Origin: Phenylobacterium sp.
GTDB taxonomy: Bacteria; Pseudomonadota; Alphaproteobacteria; Caulobacterales; Caulobacteraceae
Assembly (NCBI GenBank): GCA_036383735.1
Contig: DASVNS010000240.1
Coordinates: forward strand, 8,520 to 72,519
Direction of reading: 5' to 3'
Length of the DNA stretch: 64,000 nucleotides
The notes under the pieces are model-generated. The model did no database searches. It saw only the letters and a list, made by a program, of their open reading frames with translations, and had not been told where the DNA came from. Of the stretch, positions 1 to 9,180 are shown piece after piece; the stretch's first letter is position 1; the number at the start of each line of letters is the position of its first letter. The position numbers and the translations under genes are program-made.

Positions 1-24
1 AGCCGGGGTCTGAGGCAACGTCCC

Positions 25-1962
25 CTAGACCCGAGCCGCGGCCTGGGCACGGCGGCCCGCCGCCCAGAACCCGACCACGACCGCCGTCAGCGTCAGGAGC
101 TGGGCCACGAGCCCTTCCCAGGTCGGGAACACGCCGAGGACCTCGATGCGGGGCAGGGCGGCTAGGGGCCGCACGTCCAGCATCCCCGCCTCCTGCAGCC
201 CGGCCACGCCCTTGCCTGCGAGCACGATCGCGAGCACGGCGATGAGGATCGAGCTGTAGGAGAAGAATTGCGCGATGGGCAGGCGCTTGCTGTAGCTGAG
301 CAGCGCCCAGGCGATCACCGCCAGGCAGATCAAGGCCAGCGCGGCGCCCGACAGCATGGCCACCAGTCCCCCCTGGCTCCAGAGCGCGGCGTAGAAGAGG
401 ATGGTCTCAAAGACCTCCCGATAGACCACGATGAAGGCCAGGAGGAACAGGAACCAGGCCGAGCGCTTCGAAAGCGCCGCCGAGAGCTTGTCGCGGATGT
501 AGACCTGCCACGCGCCGGCCTGGGCCTTGCCGTGCATCCAGACGCCGACGGAGATCAGCACGACCGCTGAGACCAGCGAGCCCACCCCCTCGGTGAGTTC
601 ACGGCTCGCGCCACTGATGGAGATCAGGTAGGTGGCGGCCGCCCAGGTGAGGCCGCCACCGACCAAGGCCGCCACCCACCCGGCGTGGACGTACGGCAGC
701 ACGTCCTGCCGTTCGGCCTTGCGCAGGAAGGCGATCATCGCGATCACGATCAGCAGGGCCTCGACGCCTTCGCGCAGGAGGATGGTGAACGCCCCCAAGA
801 AGGTGGAGACGGCGCTGGCCTGCTCTGGCGCCAGCGCACGGGCGGATTCATCGAACAGGGCCTCGAGCCCACGGACACGCGCGGCCACCTCGGCGGGCGG
901 CGCGCCCCGGTTAAGGCTCGCCCGCAACTCGCCCATGGCGCCCTCGACCCTGGCCATCAGCGCGCCGTCGCGCGCCCGTAGCAGAGGCTCCACGGGCTCA
1001 AAACCGTCGAGATAGGCCGATAGGGCCAGCTCCTCGGCGCGCTTGCGCTCGCCGGCCTGGTAGGCGGCCAGGCTCTCGGCGAGTTTGCGGCGCGCCACCT
1101 CCAGTCCTCCGGGCGACGAGGTCTTGAGGGTTTCGGGGTGGCGCCGCAGATAGGCCATCAGCTGAGTCGCCTGCGGTTCGCCCACCGTGGCGGCCAGCGC
1201 GGCGGGGGTGGTCTGAGTCAGGACCTGCAGGTCGGGGACGCTGGCCCGCAGATCGGCGCGGCCGCGCCAGGCCTGCTCGCCGGCGCGTTGGGCGTCCGGC
1301 GAATAGGCGAGGCTCCCCACATAGAAGGCGAGCGCCCAGCGGTCCTCGGACGACAGATGGGCGAAGCTCGCCATCGCCGTGCCGTCGAGACCCTGACCGA
1401 TCACTTGGTACAGCCCGAAAAGGCTGCGCTCCTTGGCCCGAGCGATGTCGGTGAAGGCGATTGGCGGCGGGTCCAGCCTCTCGGCGCCGGGGCCGTCGCC
1501 GCGGCCGCTCACCCCATGACAGGAGGCGCATTGTTCGGCGTACAGCGCCGCGCCCCTCGTCAGGTCCGGCGCCTGACGTGGCGCAAGCGGCACGGGGTAG
1601 GTCTTCAGCAGGTCGCTCGCCAAGCTACGGGCCTGGAGCGCCACGGCGGCGGGATCCGCTCTGCGGTCCACTGCGACGGCGAGCGCGGCGGCTTCGGAGA
1701 GGAGCTGCGGCTTGGCTGAACTCGGCGGTAAGGCGGCGATCCGGCTGCGCACGGAGGCGGAGAACTCGCGCATCTCGGCGTACTCGGCGTCGCTGATGAT
1801 CCGACCGCCGGAGACTGCGCCCGCGTAGTCCACGGCGATGTAGTCGAGGAGGCGCCACGCCACTTCTGCTGAGGGACCCGCCTCCTGCGCTCTGGCGGTG
1901 AGGGGAAGTTGGGCGGCCATGACGAGGGCGACCGCAAGGAAGAGGCGAGCGAGCGCCGGCAT
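25..1962 (-). CDS. Cytochrome c/FTR1-family permease (PbrT/EfeU-like)
   Basis: CASCHG heme motif; FTR1 motifs LREGVE and YREVFE; ATG 1962 preferred over TTG 2001 because the -10 lies at 2004-2009. Confidence 0.9.
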   Translation of the reverse strand: MPALARLFLAVALVMAAQLPLTARAQEAGPSAEVAWRLLDYIAVDYAGAVSGGRIISDAEYAEMREFSASVRSRIAALPPSSAKPQLLSEAAALAVAVDRRADPAAVALQARSLASDLLKTYPVPLAPRQAPDLTRGAALYAEQCASCHGVSGRGDGPGAERLDPPPIAFTDIARAKERSLFGLYQVIGQGLDGTAMASFAHLSSEDRWALAFYVGSLAYSPDAQRAGEQAWRGRADLRASVPDLQVLTQTTPAALAATVGEPQATQLMAYLRRHPETLKTSSPGGLEVARRKLAESLAAYQAGERKRAEELALSAYLDGFEPVEPLLRARDGALMARVEGAMGELRASLNRGAPPAEVAARVRGLEALFDESARALAPEQASAVSTFLGAFTILLREGVEALLIVIAMIAFLRKAERQDVLPYVHAGWVAALVGGGLTWAAATYLISISGASRELTEGVGSLVSAVVLISVGVWMHGKAQAGAWQVYIRDKLSAALSKRSAWFLFLLAFIVVYREVFETILFYAALWSQGGLVAMLSGAALALICLAVIAWALLSYSKRLPIAQFFSYSSILIAVLAIVLAGKGVAGLQEAGMLDVRPLAALPRIEVLGVFPTWEGLVAQLLTLTAVVVGFWAAGRRAQAAARV

Positions 1963-2003
1963 TGAAGCGTCCTGAGTGCGAGTGAGAATACGTCTCAACA
2001 AGC

Positions 2004-2034
2004 AGAATACATGCTCAAGCCACTAGAGGATCAA
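2004..2034 (-). promoter_or_regulatory. MerR-type (CadR/PbrR-like) promoter/operator for the FTR1 gene
   Basis: TTGATC-19 bp (CTCTAGTGGCTTGAG dyad)-TATTCT. Confidence 0.8.
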
Positions 2035-2075
2035 GAGCTCCCCCTCCGAACATACGAAAAACGCGTCGCAACGGC

Positions 2076-2106
2076 TTGATCCTCTAGCCGCTAGAGCAAG
2101 TAGGGT
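2076..2106 (+). promoter_or_regulatory. MerR-type (CadR/PbrR-like) promoter/operator for the CDF operon
   Basis: TTGATC-19 bp with perfect dyad CTCTAG-CCG-CTAGAG-TAGGGT. Confidence 0.85.
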
Positions 2107-2128
2107 GGCGAGATCAGGAGGACTTCGC

Positions 2129-3001
2129 ATGTCGAGCACGACAGCGGCCGCCGAGACGCTCCGTTACCGGGTCACCGGCATGGACTGTTCGAGCTGTGCC
2201 GAGAAAATCCAATCCGCGGTCGCCAAGCTGCCCGGCGTGGAAGAGGCGCGGGTGTCCATCGCATCGTCGATGATGACCTTAAAGGTCGACGACGCGGCAA
2301 GACGGACGCCCGCGGTCGAAGCGACGGTGACGGAGCTCGGCTACCATCTCGACCGCGAAGGAAGTCCGGCTAAGGCCGACGACGATGAACTTCCGAAGGA
2401 CCTCAGCCACATCACGCCGGCCTATCGGCGGGCGCTATGGATCGTGGTGCTGATCAACGTCGGCTACGGTTTGGTGGAGATCGTCGCCGGCTTCGTCGCA
2501 CGCTCCCAGGCGCTGAAAGCCGACGCCCTCGACTTCATGGGCGACGGGCTGATCACGTTCTTGGGTCTGCTGGCGATCGGCTGGTCGCTCGTCTGGCGCG
2601 CGCGCTCGGCGCTGATCCAAGGTCTCTTCCTCGCGGCGCTCGGCGTCGGGGTGCTGCTGAACACGGCCTACCGCGTCCTCGTGCTGAACCAGCCGGAAGC
2701 CGAGCTCATGGGCGCGTTCGGTATGATCGCGCTCGTGGCCAACGTGGCCGCGGCGCTCGTCCTGATCCCGCACCGCGCCGGAGACGCCAATGTCCGCGCG
2801 GTCTGGCTCTTCTCGCGTAACGACGCCCTAGGCAACGTGGCGGTCGTGATCGCCGCCGGCTTGGTGTTCTGGACCAAGACCGCTTGGCCGGATCTCGTGG
2901 TGGCCGTGATTATTTCGGGGCTCTTCCTGCAGTCCGCCTGGTCGATCATTCGCGACGCCCGCACCGACCTGCGGGAGGCGCGGTCGCTGAGCCCCGCGTG
3001 A
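2129..3001 (+). CDS. HMA-domain + CDF cation (Cd/Zn/Co/Pb) efflux transporter
   Basis: N-terminal GMDCSSC; CDF motifs SQALKADALDF and SRNDALGN; AGGAGG SD before ATG 2129. Confidence 0.9.
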   Translation: MSSTTAAAETLRYRVTGMDCSSCAEKIQSAVAKLPGVEEARVSIASSMMTLKVDDAARRTPAVEATVTELGYHLDREGSPAKADDDELPKDLSHITPAYRRALWIVVLINVGYGLVEIVAGFVARSQALKADALDFMGDGLITFLGLLAIGWSLVWRARSALIQGLFLAALGVGVLLNTAYRVLVLNQPEAELMGAFGMIALVANVAAALVLIPHRAGDANVRAVWLFSRNDALGNVAVVIAAGLVFWTKTAWPDLVVAVIISGLFLQSAWSIIRDARTDLREARSLSPA

Positions 3002-3008
3002 ACGTCGG

Positions 3009-5285
3009 ATGAGACGGCTTCCGCCACCCTCGGCGCGTGGCGCGGCGCCAAACGGCCCGCCACCGATTTTGCCCGCCTTGCAGCAGGCGGTCGCGCATGC
3101 GAACGCCGGCCGATGGACCGAGGCCGAGCAATGCGCCCGAAGGGTGCTTGCGGCCAAGCCGTTGGACCCCTCAGCGCTGAATGTCCTCGGCACGGTCGCC
3201 ATGAACACAGGTCGCTCGGCCGAGGCGATCGGGTGGTTTCAACAGGCCGCGGGCGGCCAGGCGAAGAACCCGTTCATCCAATTCAATCTGGGCGAAGCCC
3301 ATCGCCGGCTGCAGGCCTATGAAATCGCGGCGAAGTTCTTCCAGCGCGCTGCGGCGCTGAAGATCGACTTTGCGGACGCTTACGCGTCGGCTGGCGACGC
3401 TTACCGTTTGATGGGGCAGGGGACGGATGCCGAGCGCTGCTACCGCGCCGCCTTGAAACGGGCGCCGGCAATGCTCGCCGCGCTTAACGGTCTGGGCCTC
3501 TTACGCCTGCAGCACGGCGACGCCGCCGCGGCTGCGGAGCGCTTCGAAGCCGGCTGCAAGGCGGCGCCGGCGGGCCATCCCCTGCGTCCGATCCTGCTCG
3601 CGAACCTCGGCCTGGCGCGCCTGCAACTCGGCTACGGCCCGGACGGGCTGGCCCTGCTCGCGCAGGCTGTGGAGGCCGGGCCCCAGGACGGCGACGCCTG
3701 GCGGCGCCTGGCCGGCGCGCTGCGCCACACCCGCGTGGCGCCCACGACAACCGGCTTCAGGGACATCCTGCTGCAGCTGTTCGACCGGCCTGACGTCAAC
3801 CCCCGCCACCTAGCGACCGCGGCCATCGCCGTGTTGCGGCAGGATCCAGAGATCGACCAGCTCCTGGAGACGATCGCCCAGGCCCCCGCCGACCTTGCGC
3901 ACACGCTGGAGCGCGAGGCGGCGACGGCCTCACGGCTGATCCAGGATCGCCTGTTCCGGGCCCTGCTCGCCTCCGCACCCGTACCGGACGTGGCCATCGA
4001 ACTGACGCTCGTCCGGCTGCGGACCGACCTACTGAACCTGACGGATGGCACGGCCGACGCTCTCGAAGAGGAGCTCGGCCTCGCGATCGCGCTGGCCCGA
4101 CAGGCGTTCCTCAACGAATACGTCCTGTTCGCCGCGCCGGCCGAGCAGGCCCGTGTGGCCGACCTGATCACGACCCTCGATCGTGAGGACATCGGAGGGC
4201 AGGCCGGCGACCTCACCAAGATCGCGATCGTCGCCGCCTATCGCCCGCTGGCCACAACGCCGCTCGCTGTGCGGCTCCAGGGCTCCGCCCTGCCGGCGCT
4301 CGCCGAACTCCTTCGCGAACAGCTCAGCGAACCGGCGGAGGAAGCCGAACTGCGCGCGCAGCTGCCGGTTCTCAAACCACCCACCGACATCATCTCGCGC
4401 GCTGTCCAGCAACAGTACGAGCAGAGCCCTTACCCTCGCTGGACCCGCTGCAGCCTCGGTGAGCCGTTGCCCTTCGGACGAGCGATTCAGAGCGCATTAC
4501 CTGACCTGTCGGCCGGAGAGATTCCAGATCTCGACCGCCCCCGCGTGCTGATCGCCGGCTGCGGCACGGGCCTCGAGACCATGCGTGTGGCGACCACCTA
4601 CCGCGGCGCCGCGATCCTGGCGATCGACCTCAGCGCGGCCAGTCTCGGCTACGCCATGCGCAAGGTTCGCGAATACGGGCTTGCCGAGGTGGAACACCTG
4701 CAGGCCGACATCCTGGACCTGCCCACGCTGGCGGAACGGTTTGACCTGATCGACAGCTTCGGCGTGCTGCATCACATGGCCAACCCGGCGCAGGGCCTCG
4801 AGGTCCTTGCCGGGCTCCTGCGGCCAGAGGGGTTTCTCTTCGTCGGCCTCTACAGCGAAATCGGCCGACGCGCGGTCGTCCAGGCGCGCGCCCACATCGC
4901 CCGCGGAGGTTACCGAGACGATCCGGATGGCATTCGCGCGCTGCGGCGTTCCTTGATGCTCGACGGCGCGCCGCCGGCGCTGGACGGCGTGATGAGCCCC
5001 GCATCGGACTTCTGGACCCTTTCGGACTGTCGCGACCTCCTATTCCACGTGAACGAGCATCGCTTCACCCTTCCGCAGATCGGCGAGATGCTTAGCGCCG
5101 CCGGTCTTGAGTTCCTGGGCGTGCAATTTGGCCACGCCGCCGACCGCACGCGTTACGTCGCGCAGAACACCGGCTCCGGCGCGCTGCGCGATCTTGCGCG
5201 ACTGCACCGCCACGAACTCGAGCATCCAGAGATCTTCGGGGACACCTACCGGCTCTGGGCCCGCCCAAGGAGGCCGTCCACGTGA
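3009..5285 (+). CDS. TPR-repeat class I SAM-dependent methyltransferase
   Basis: N-terminal TPR repeats; QYEQSPYPRW, VLIAGCGTG, GVLHH, RDLLFHVNEH motifs. Confidence 0.85.
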   Translation: MRRLPPPSARGAAPNGPPPILPALQQAVAHANAGRWTEAEQCARRVLAAKPLDPSALNVLGTVAMNTGRSAEAIGWFQQAAGGQAKNPFIQFNLGEAHRRLQAYEIAAKFFQRAAALKIDFADAYASAGDAYRLMGQGTDAERCYRAALKRAPAMLAALNGLGLLRLQHGDAAAAAERFEAGCKAAPAGHPLRPILLANLGLARLQLGYGPDGLALLAQAVEAGPQDGDAWRRLAGALRHTRVAPTTTGFRDILLQLFDRPDVNPRHLATAAIAVLRQDPEIDQLLETIAQAPADLAHTLEREAATASRLIQDRLFRALLASAPVPDVAIELTLVRLRTDLLNLTDGTADALEEELGLAIALARQAFLNEYVLFAAPAEQARVADLITTLDREDIGGQAGDLTKIAIVAAYRPLATTPLAVRLQGSALPALAELLREQLSEPAEEAELRAQLPVLKPPTDIISRAVQQQYEQSPYPRWTRCSLGEPLPFGRAIQSALPDLSAGEIPDLDRPRVLIAGCGTGLETMRVATTYRGAAILAIDLSAASLGYAMRKVREYGLAEVEHLQADILDLPTLAERFDLIDSFGVLHHMANPAQGLEVLAGLLRPEGFLFVGLYSEIGRRAVVQARAHIARGGYRDDPDGIRALRRSLMLDGAPPALDGVMSPASDFWTLSDCRDLLFHVNEHRFTLPQIGEMLSAAGLEFLGVQFGHAADRTRYVAQNTGSGALRDLARLHRHELEHPEIFGDTYRLWARPRRPST

Positions 5286-5860
5286 CCCAGCCAGTCTCGC
5301 CGCCGCATGTCGATCTTCCGAAGGAGCAACGGGCCGTCGTGCGGCAAGCGCTCCTGGCCTTCGCCGTCTGCGGACCGACCCTGGTGCTCGCGAGCCTCGG
5401 CCTCCCGAGGATCTTCACGTTCCCGGAGGGGCTGGCGGAGCGTCTCGCCTTCGCGCATAGGGCCGACCTCGTGATCGCGCTTTGGGTCGTGCTGGGCGTG
5501 CGGATGGTCGCCAAGGTGCGGTTCAGGTCTGCCGAGGACAACGCCGGTTCGGCCTACAGCCGGCCGAGTGCCCGCCTGGCGGTGCCGAAGGCCTTCCTGC
5601 AGAACACCCTCGAACAGGGGTTCATCACAAGCGTCGCCATCCTCGCCCTCGCCACCGTCGGCGGCGAAGCGGCGCTTGCCTATATTGTCGCGACCGTCGT
5701 CCTCTTCAGCCTCGGGCGCGCGACCTTCCTGCGCGGCTATCCGCACGGGGCCGGCGGTCGCGCCTTCGGCATCGCCACGACGGCGCTTCCAGCGATCGGC
5801 GCCTATGGCTGGGTCCTCGTAGATATGGCGTCCGACGTGGCCGGCCTGGCCGCGGGCTGA
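5282..5860 (+). CDS. MAPEG-family membrane protein
   Basis: 4 hydrophobic segments; FLQNTLEQ and GRATFLRGY...RAFG motifs; GTGA overlap with the upstream gene. Confidence 0.8.
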   Translation: MTQPVSPPHVDLPKEQRAVVRQALLAFAVCGPTLVLASLGLPRIFTFPEGLAERLAFAHRADLVIALWVVLGVRMVAKVRFRSAEDNAGSAYSRPSARLAVPKAFLQNTLEQGFITSVAILALATVGGEAALAYIVATVVLFSLGRATFLRGYPHGAGGRAFGIATTALPAIGAYGWVLVDMASDVAGLAAG

Positions 5861-5882
5861 GCGACTGCCCCAACCCGCAGGG

Positions 5883-7244
5883 TCAGTCCGCAAGCGGGAT
5901 GACCTCGCGAAACTTGCCGCCACGGCCCTGCTCCGGCGGCTCGCCCCCGCGCTCGAGCGCCACCTGTTCGAGCCCATGCTCGGCAAACACCTTGCGCAGG
6001 CCTGCTTCGGCCTCGCGCCAGATGGCGTCCCCATTCGCCGTCGGCGCGATTTGCAGGCGTATTTCAACTTTTTCCGGCGCGGTTTGCGCGATCTGGAAGA
6101 GCGTGACCCCGCGGACCGCTTCGATCGGTTGACTGAGCGCCAGCGGAGGAACCCTGACCTCGCCGCGCGGTGTGCGGAAGGTGAGAACGTCGGCCGACCG
6201 CCCGCGTACGCGGATCGCGGGCAGGGGGTTGCCGCATGGGCACGGGTCGGGCCGTTGAAGCACGCTATCTCCAAGATCGTAGCGCAGGATCGGCTGCACG
6301 CGGTTGGCGAGATTGCTGATCAGGACCGTGTGCGATTGCTCGCCCGGAGCCACCGGCCGATAGTCAGCGTCAACCGGCTCGAACGCTACCCAGTCGGCGT
6401 TCACGTGCAGCCAGCCTTCGCCGCACATGGCGCTCATGAACATGCATTCCGAGGCGGCGTAGCTGTTGCCCACCTTGGCGTCGAACAGCCGCGCAATTCG
6501 GCCGTATTCAGCCTGCGGCAGGCCCTCTGCAGAAAGAGCCAGCAGCACGGGATGGATGGCGAGCCGGCCGGCCTCCTGCTCGTTAGCGAGCATCGCGGCT
6601 ATGCTGGCATAGGGCGCAAGCATCGCCGGCTGGAAGCGATTCAGACGATCGACCAGTTCAGTCATCGGCATGTGCGCCGAAAGCACCTCGAGGCGTTTTC
6701 CCTGCCGTTTCTTGAGGCGTGCGGCGGCGACGGCCGAGGCGAAATGGCCACCCGTCGCCATGACCATCGCAGTCCGCCCGCGGCGCGCGATGATCTTGAG
6801 GATATCGCCCGCACTGAGCCAGCCACCGATCCAGCGGAGCATCATGGCGGTCACGACCGCCATCGTGCGATCGTCGGCCAGGAATATCCCGCGCCGGCCG
6901 GTCGTGCCCGAGGTGGTGTAGAGCGTGTATTTTTCCAGGAACCGCTCACCGAGCCGAGCCGGATCGTCGACAACGGCCTCCGTGGCTTCGAGCGTCACGG
7001 CGCGGTCGGTGCACCAGTCGTCGAAGCGCTCCATGAGCATCTTCTTGTCGATGACGGGCAGGGCGACCGGGTCTTCGATGCGGTCCGGAAGGTCGCGGTA
7101 GAGCTCGCGGTAGTAGGGCGAATGATCGCGCGCAAACGCGACCATGTCGGCGAGACGGGCGCGCTGGCGGCGCTCAATGCCCACCCGGGCGCCTTTGGCC
7201 GCTCTCCGCGTATCGAACAGTATGCTTAGGATGTTCTCAGACAT
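5883..7244 (-). CDS. Phenylacetate-CoA ligase/CapK-like adenylate-forming enzyme
   Basis: SPYYRELY, TTSGTTG P-loop, YAASE, LRYDLGD, GRSAD motifs. Confidence 0.85.
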   Translation of the reverse strand: MSENILSILFDTRRAAKGARVGIERRQRARLADMVAFARDHSPYYRELYRDLPDRIEDPVALPVIDKKMLMERFDDWCTDRAVTLEATEAVVDDPARLGERFLEKYTLYTTSGTTGRRGIFLADDRTMAVVTAMMLRWIGGWLSAGDILKIIARRGRTAMVMATGGHFASAVAAARLKKRQGKRLEVLSAHMPMTELVDRLNRFQPAMLAPYASIAAMLANEQEAGRLAIHPVLLALSAEGLPQAEYGRIARLFDAKVGNSYAASECMFMSAMCGEGWLHVNADWVAFEPVDADYRPVAPGEQSHTVLISNLANRVQPILRYDLGDSVLQRPDPCPCGNPLPAIRVRGRSADVLTFRTPRGEVRVPPLALSQPIEAVRGVTLFQIAQTAPEKVEIRLQIAPTANGDAIWREAEAGLRKVFAEHGLEQVALERGGEPPEQGRGGKFREVIPLAD

Positions 7245-7269
7245 CAGGGTCGGCCTCCGATGGCCGGGA

Positions 7270-7300
7270 AGCCTACGGCCTCAAGCCGCTAGAGGATCAA
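7270..7300 (-). promoter_or_regulatory. Third CadR/PbrR-like promoter/operator, driving the ligase
   Basis: TTGATC-CTCTAGCGGCTTGAGGCCG(19)-TAGGCT, near-identical to 2004-2034. Confidence 0.8.
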
Positions 7301-7490
7301 GCCGCCTGTCGCGCGCGCGTCACAACACGGCCAACGACCGTGGCGAGGAGCCCGGGCCTCCGACGCGGCCGGATCGATCCGCGCCTGCCCAGGGTATAGC
7401 GCCTCAACAAAAAAAGCTGCAGATGTTCCTTGCTATAAGTTATTGAAATCACTCGCTAATTTCCGATAAGATACATTAGACGCGTCACGC

Positions 7491-8318
7491 CTAGCACCTC
7501 CGAAGCGAGGCCAGAAACTCGCCGATCGCTGGCGCGAAAGCATCCGCAAAATCCTCTGCCGTGCGGATCTCGTCAGAAATGCCGAGCGCCGCCAGTCGGC
7601 CGCTCGGCAGAAGCCTGGAGAGGTGTTCCGCGACGGCGGCCGGATGTCGATTGTCCATGCCAGGGAAAATCAGCGTCGGCGCTTCGATCGCCGCCAGCTC
7701 CTCGATGTGCCTGAAGGCCCGATCATACCCGATGGCCGCAGCCGCGGCGAGGCTGGCGGCGTCCGATCGTGGGATGGCGTCTCGCACCATCGTCCCGATG
7801 ACCGGCGCCAAGTCCGGAAGGATCGGGGCCCAGCCCGCGTCGATCCCGCGCTCGCGGACGCGGGCGGCGAACTCATCCATGAATACGATTTCGGCCGCTT
7901 TGGCGTCGTCGTCCTCGATGTCCTCCACACTCATGAGGATCAAAGCGCCAATCCGATCGGGATGCGCCAGCGCCGCCCGCAGTGCAATGGTTCCGCCGAG
8001 GCCCGCCCCGCCGATGGCCGCCCGCTCGACGCCTATGTGGTCCAGCAGCGCGATCAGATCGCTGGCGTATTGCGACCAGGTGTGGCGTGAGGCGTCTGGG
8101 CAGACCGAGCGTCCATAACCGCGACTGTCCGGAAGCCATATCGTCTGACGATGGGATAGGCGTCCGGCGAGCGGGAGTAGGCTTTCGTGATCGGGACCTC
8201 CCCCGTGCAGCAACACCACAGGCAGGTCGGAACCGCGGTCCATTGCGCCGCAGGCTTGGGTCTTGGCGCAGAACAGCGGCCACCCGTCCGCGCCGCCATA
8301 AGTGAATGTGTCAATCAA
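7491..8318 (-). CDS. Alpha/beta hydrolase fold protein (nucleophile Ser apparently replaced by Gly)
   Basis: VLLHGGG, PDSRGYGRS, GGAGLGG elbow, PTLIFPGMD. Confidence 0.8.
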   Translation of the reverse strand: MIDTFTYGGADGWPLFCAKTQACGAMDRGSDLPVVLLHGGGPDHESLLPLAGRLSHRQTIWLPDSRGYGRSVCPDASRHTWSQYASDLIALLDHIGVERAAIGGAGLGGTIALRAALAHPDRIGALILMSVEDIEDDDAKAAEIVFMDEFAARVRERGIDAGWAPILPDLAPVIGTMVRDAIPRSDAASLAAAAAIGYDRAFRHIEELAAIEAPTLIFPGMDNRHPAAVAEHLSRLLPSGRLAALGISDEIRTAEDFADAFAPAIGEFLASLRRC

Positions 8319-8911
8319 AACTGACCGGCTCCTGGCTGAACCTGAAGTCCTAAGCCGGACAACGTCATTCTGACGAGCCGATGGACCGCAGCTTCCGACC
8401 GCAAGGCGCTCGCGGCCGACAGCGCGTGAAGACAGTAGATCGCCTGCTCGTCAGGCGCGACATCGTGCCGGAGGTCTCCGGCCGCCTCCACTTCGGCAAG
8501 CAGGTCTTTGACGAGGTCGCGAAGGCGATCCTGCGCCCGGGTCACGTGCTCCCCCCGATGCAGCCGCGAGACGAGTTCCGCGCCATGCTGACCGCGGTTG
8601 TAGGCGATCATCGCATAGGCCTGGAGGACGGCGCTGAGCCGCCCACGCGCGTCCCCCGCACCATTCCGAAGCGCAACGAGCTGCTCGAGATGGCCCGTCA
8701 CATGGCGCTCGTGCCAGGCGGCCAGGATCGCCTCCACATCGGGATAGTACTTGTAGAGCGTGGCGCGTCCGATGCCGGCGTGGCTGGCGATCTGCGCCAT
8801 CGTCACGGACGGTAGCCCGCGTTCACGGACCAACTCCCAAGTGGTCTCCAAAATCGCCTCGCGCACCGCGCGGCGATGCGCCTCGATCGTCTCGCTCCAG
8901 AGCTTGGGCAT
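8315..8911 (-). CDS. TetR/AcrR-family regulator
   Basis: HTH VTMAQIASHAGIGRATLYKYY. Confidence 0.92.
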   Translation of the reverse strand: MPKLWSETIEAHRRAVREAILETTWELVRERGLPSVTMAQIASHAGIGRATLYKYYPDVEAILAAWHERHVTGHLEQLVALRNGAGDARGRLSAVLQAYAMIAYNRGQHGAELVSRLHRGEHVTRAQDRLRDLVKDLLAEVEAAGDLRHDVAPDEQAIYCLHALSAASALRSEAAVHRLVRMTLSGLGLQVQPGAGQF

Positions 8912-8936
8912 CTCCGGAGCTTAAGGCGACGGCCTG

Positions 8937-8976
8937 ATCGAGACAAAGCGATTCGACAGAGACACTTTGTCTCGAT
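8937..8976. promoter_or_regulatory. Probable TetR operator
   Basis: Perfect 12-bp inverted repeat ATCGAGACAAAG-N16-CTTTGTCTCGAT between divergent genes. Confidence 0.7.
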
Positions 8977-9006
8977 AAATTGACCGAAGCACACAGGAGC
9001 TAGCTC

Positions 9007-9180
9007 ATGAGCGAGCCACCTCGCTACCCCGGTGCGCCTGGCTGGGTCAGGACGCTCGGAATCGGCGGCCTAGTGTTGGCCCTCCTCGTCGCCGTTGCTC
9101 TGCTGGCAGGCCATGGCGCCGGTCGCCATTTCGGAATTGCAGATCCGGAGCCCCGTGCCGCCCGCGAGGTCGGCCCCTGA
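9007..9180 (+). CDS. 57-aa single-TM protein (PGWVR...GHGAGRH), not in the ORF track
   Basis: AGGAG SD; one hydrophobic helix; TGATG coupling to the next gene. Confidence 0.7.
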   Translation: MSEPPRYPGAPGWVRTLGIGGLVLALLVAVALLAGHGAGRHFGIADPEPRAAREVGP

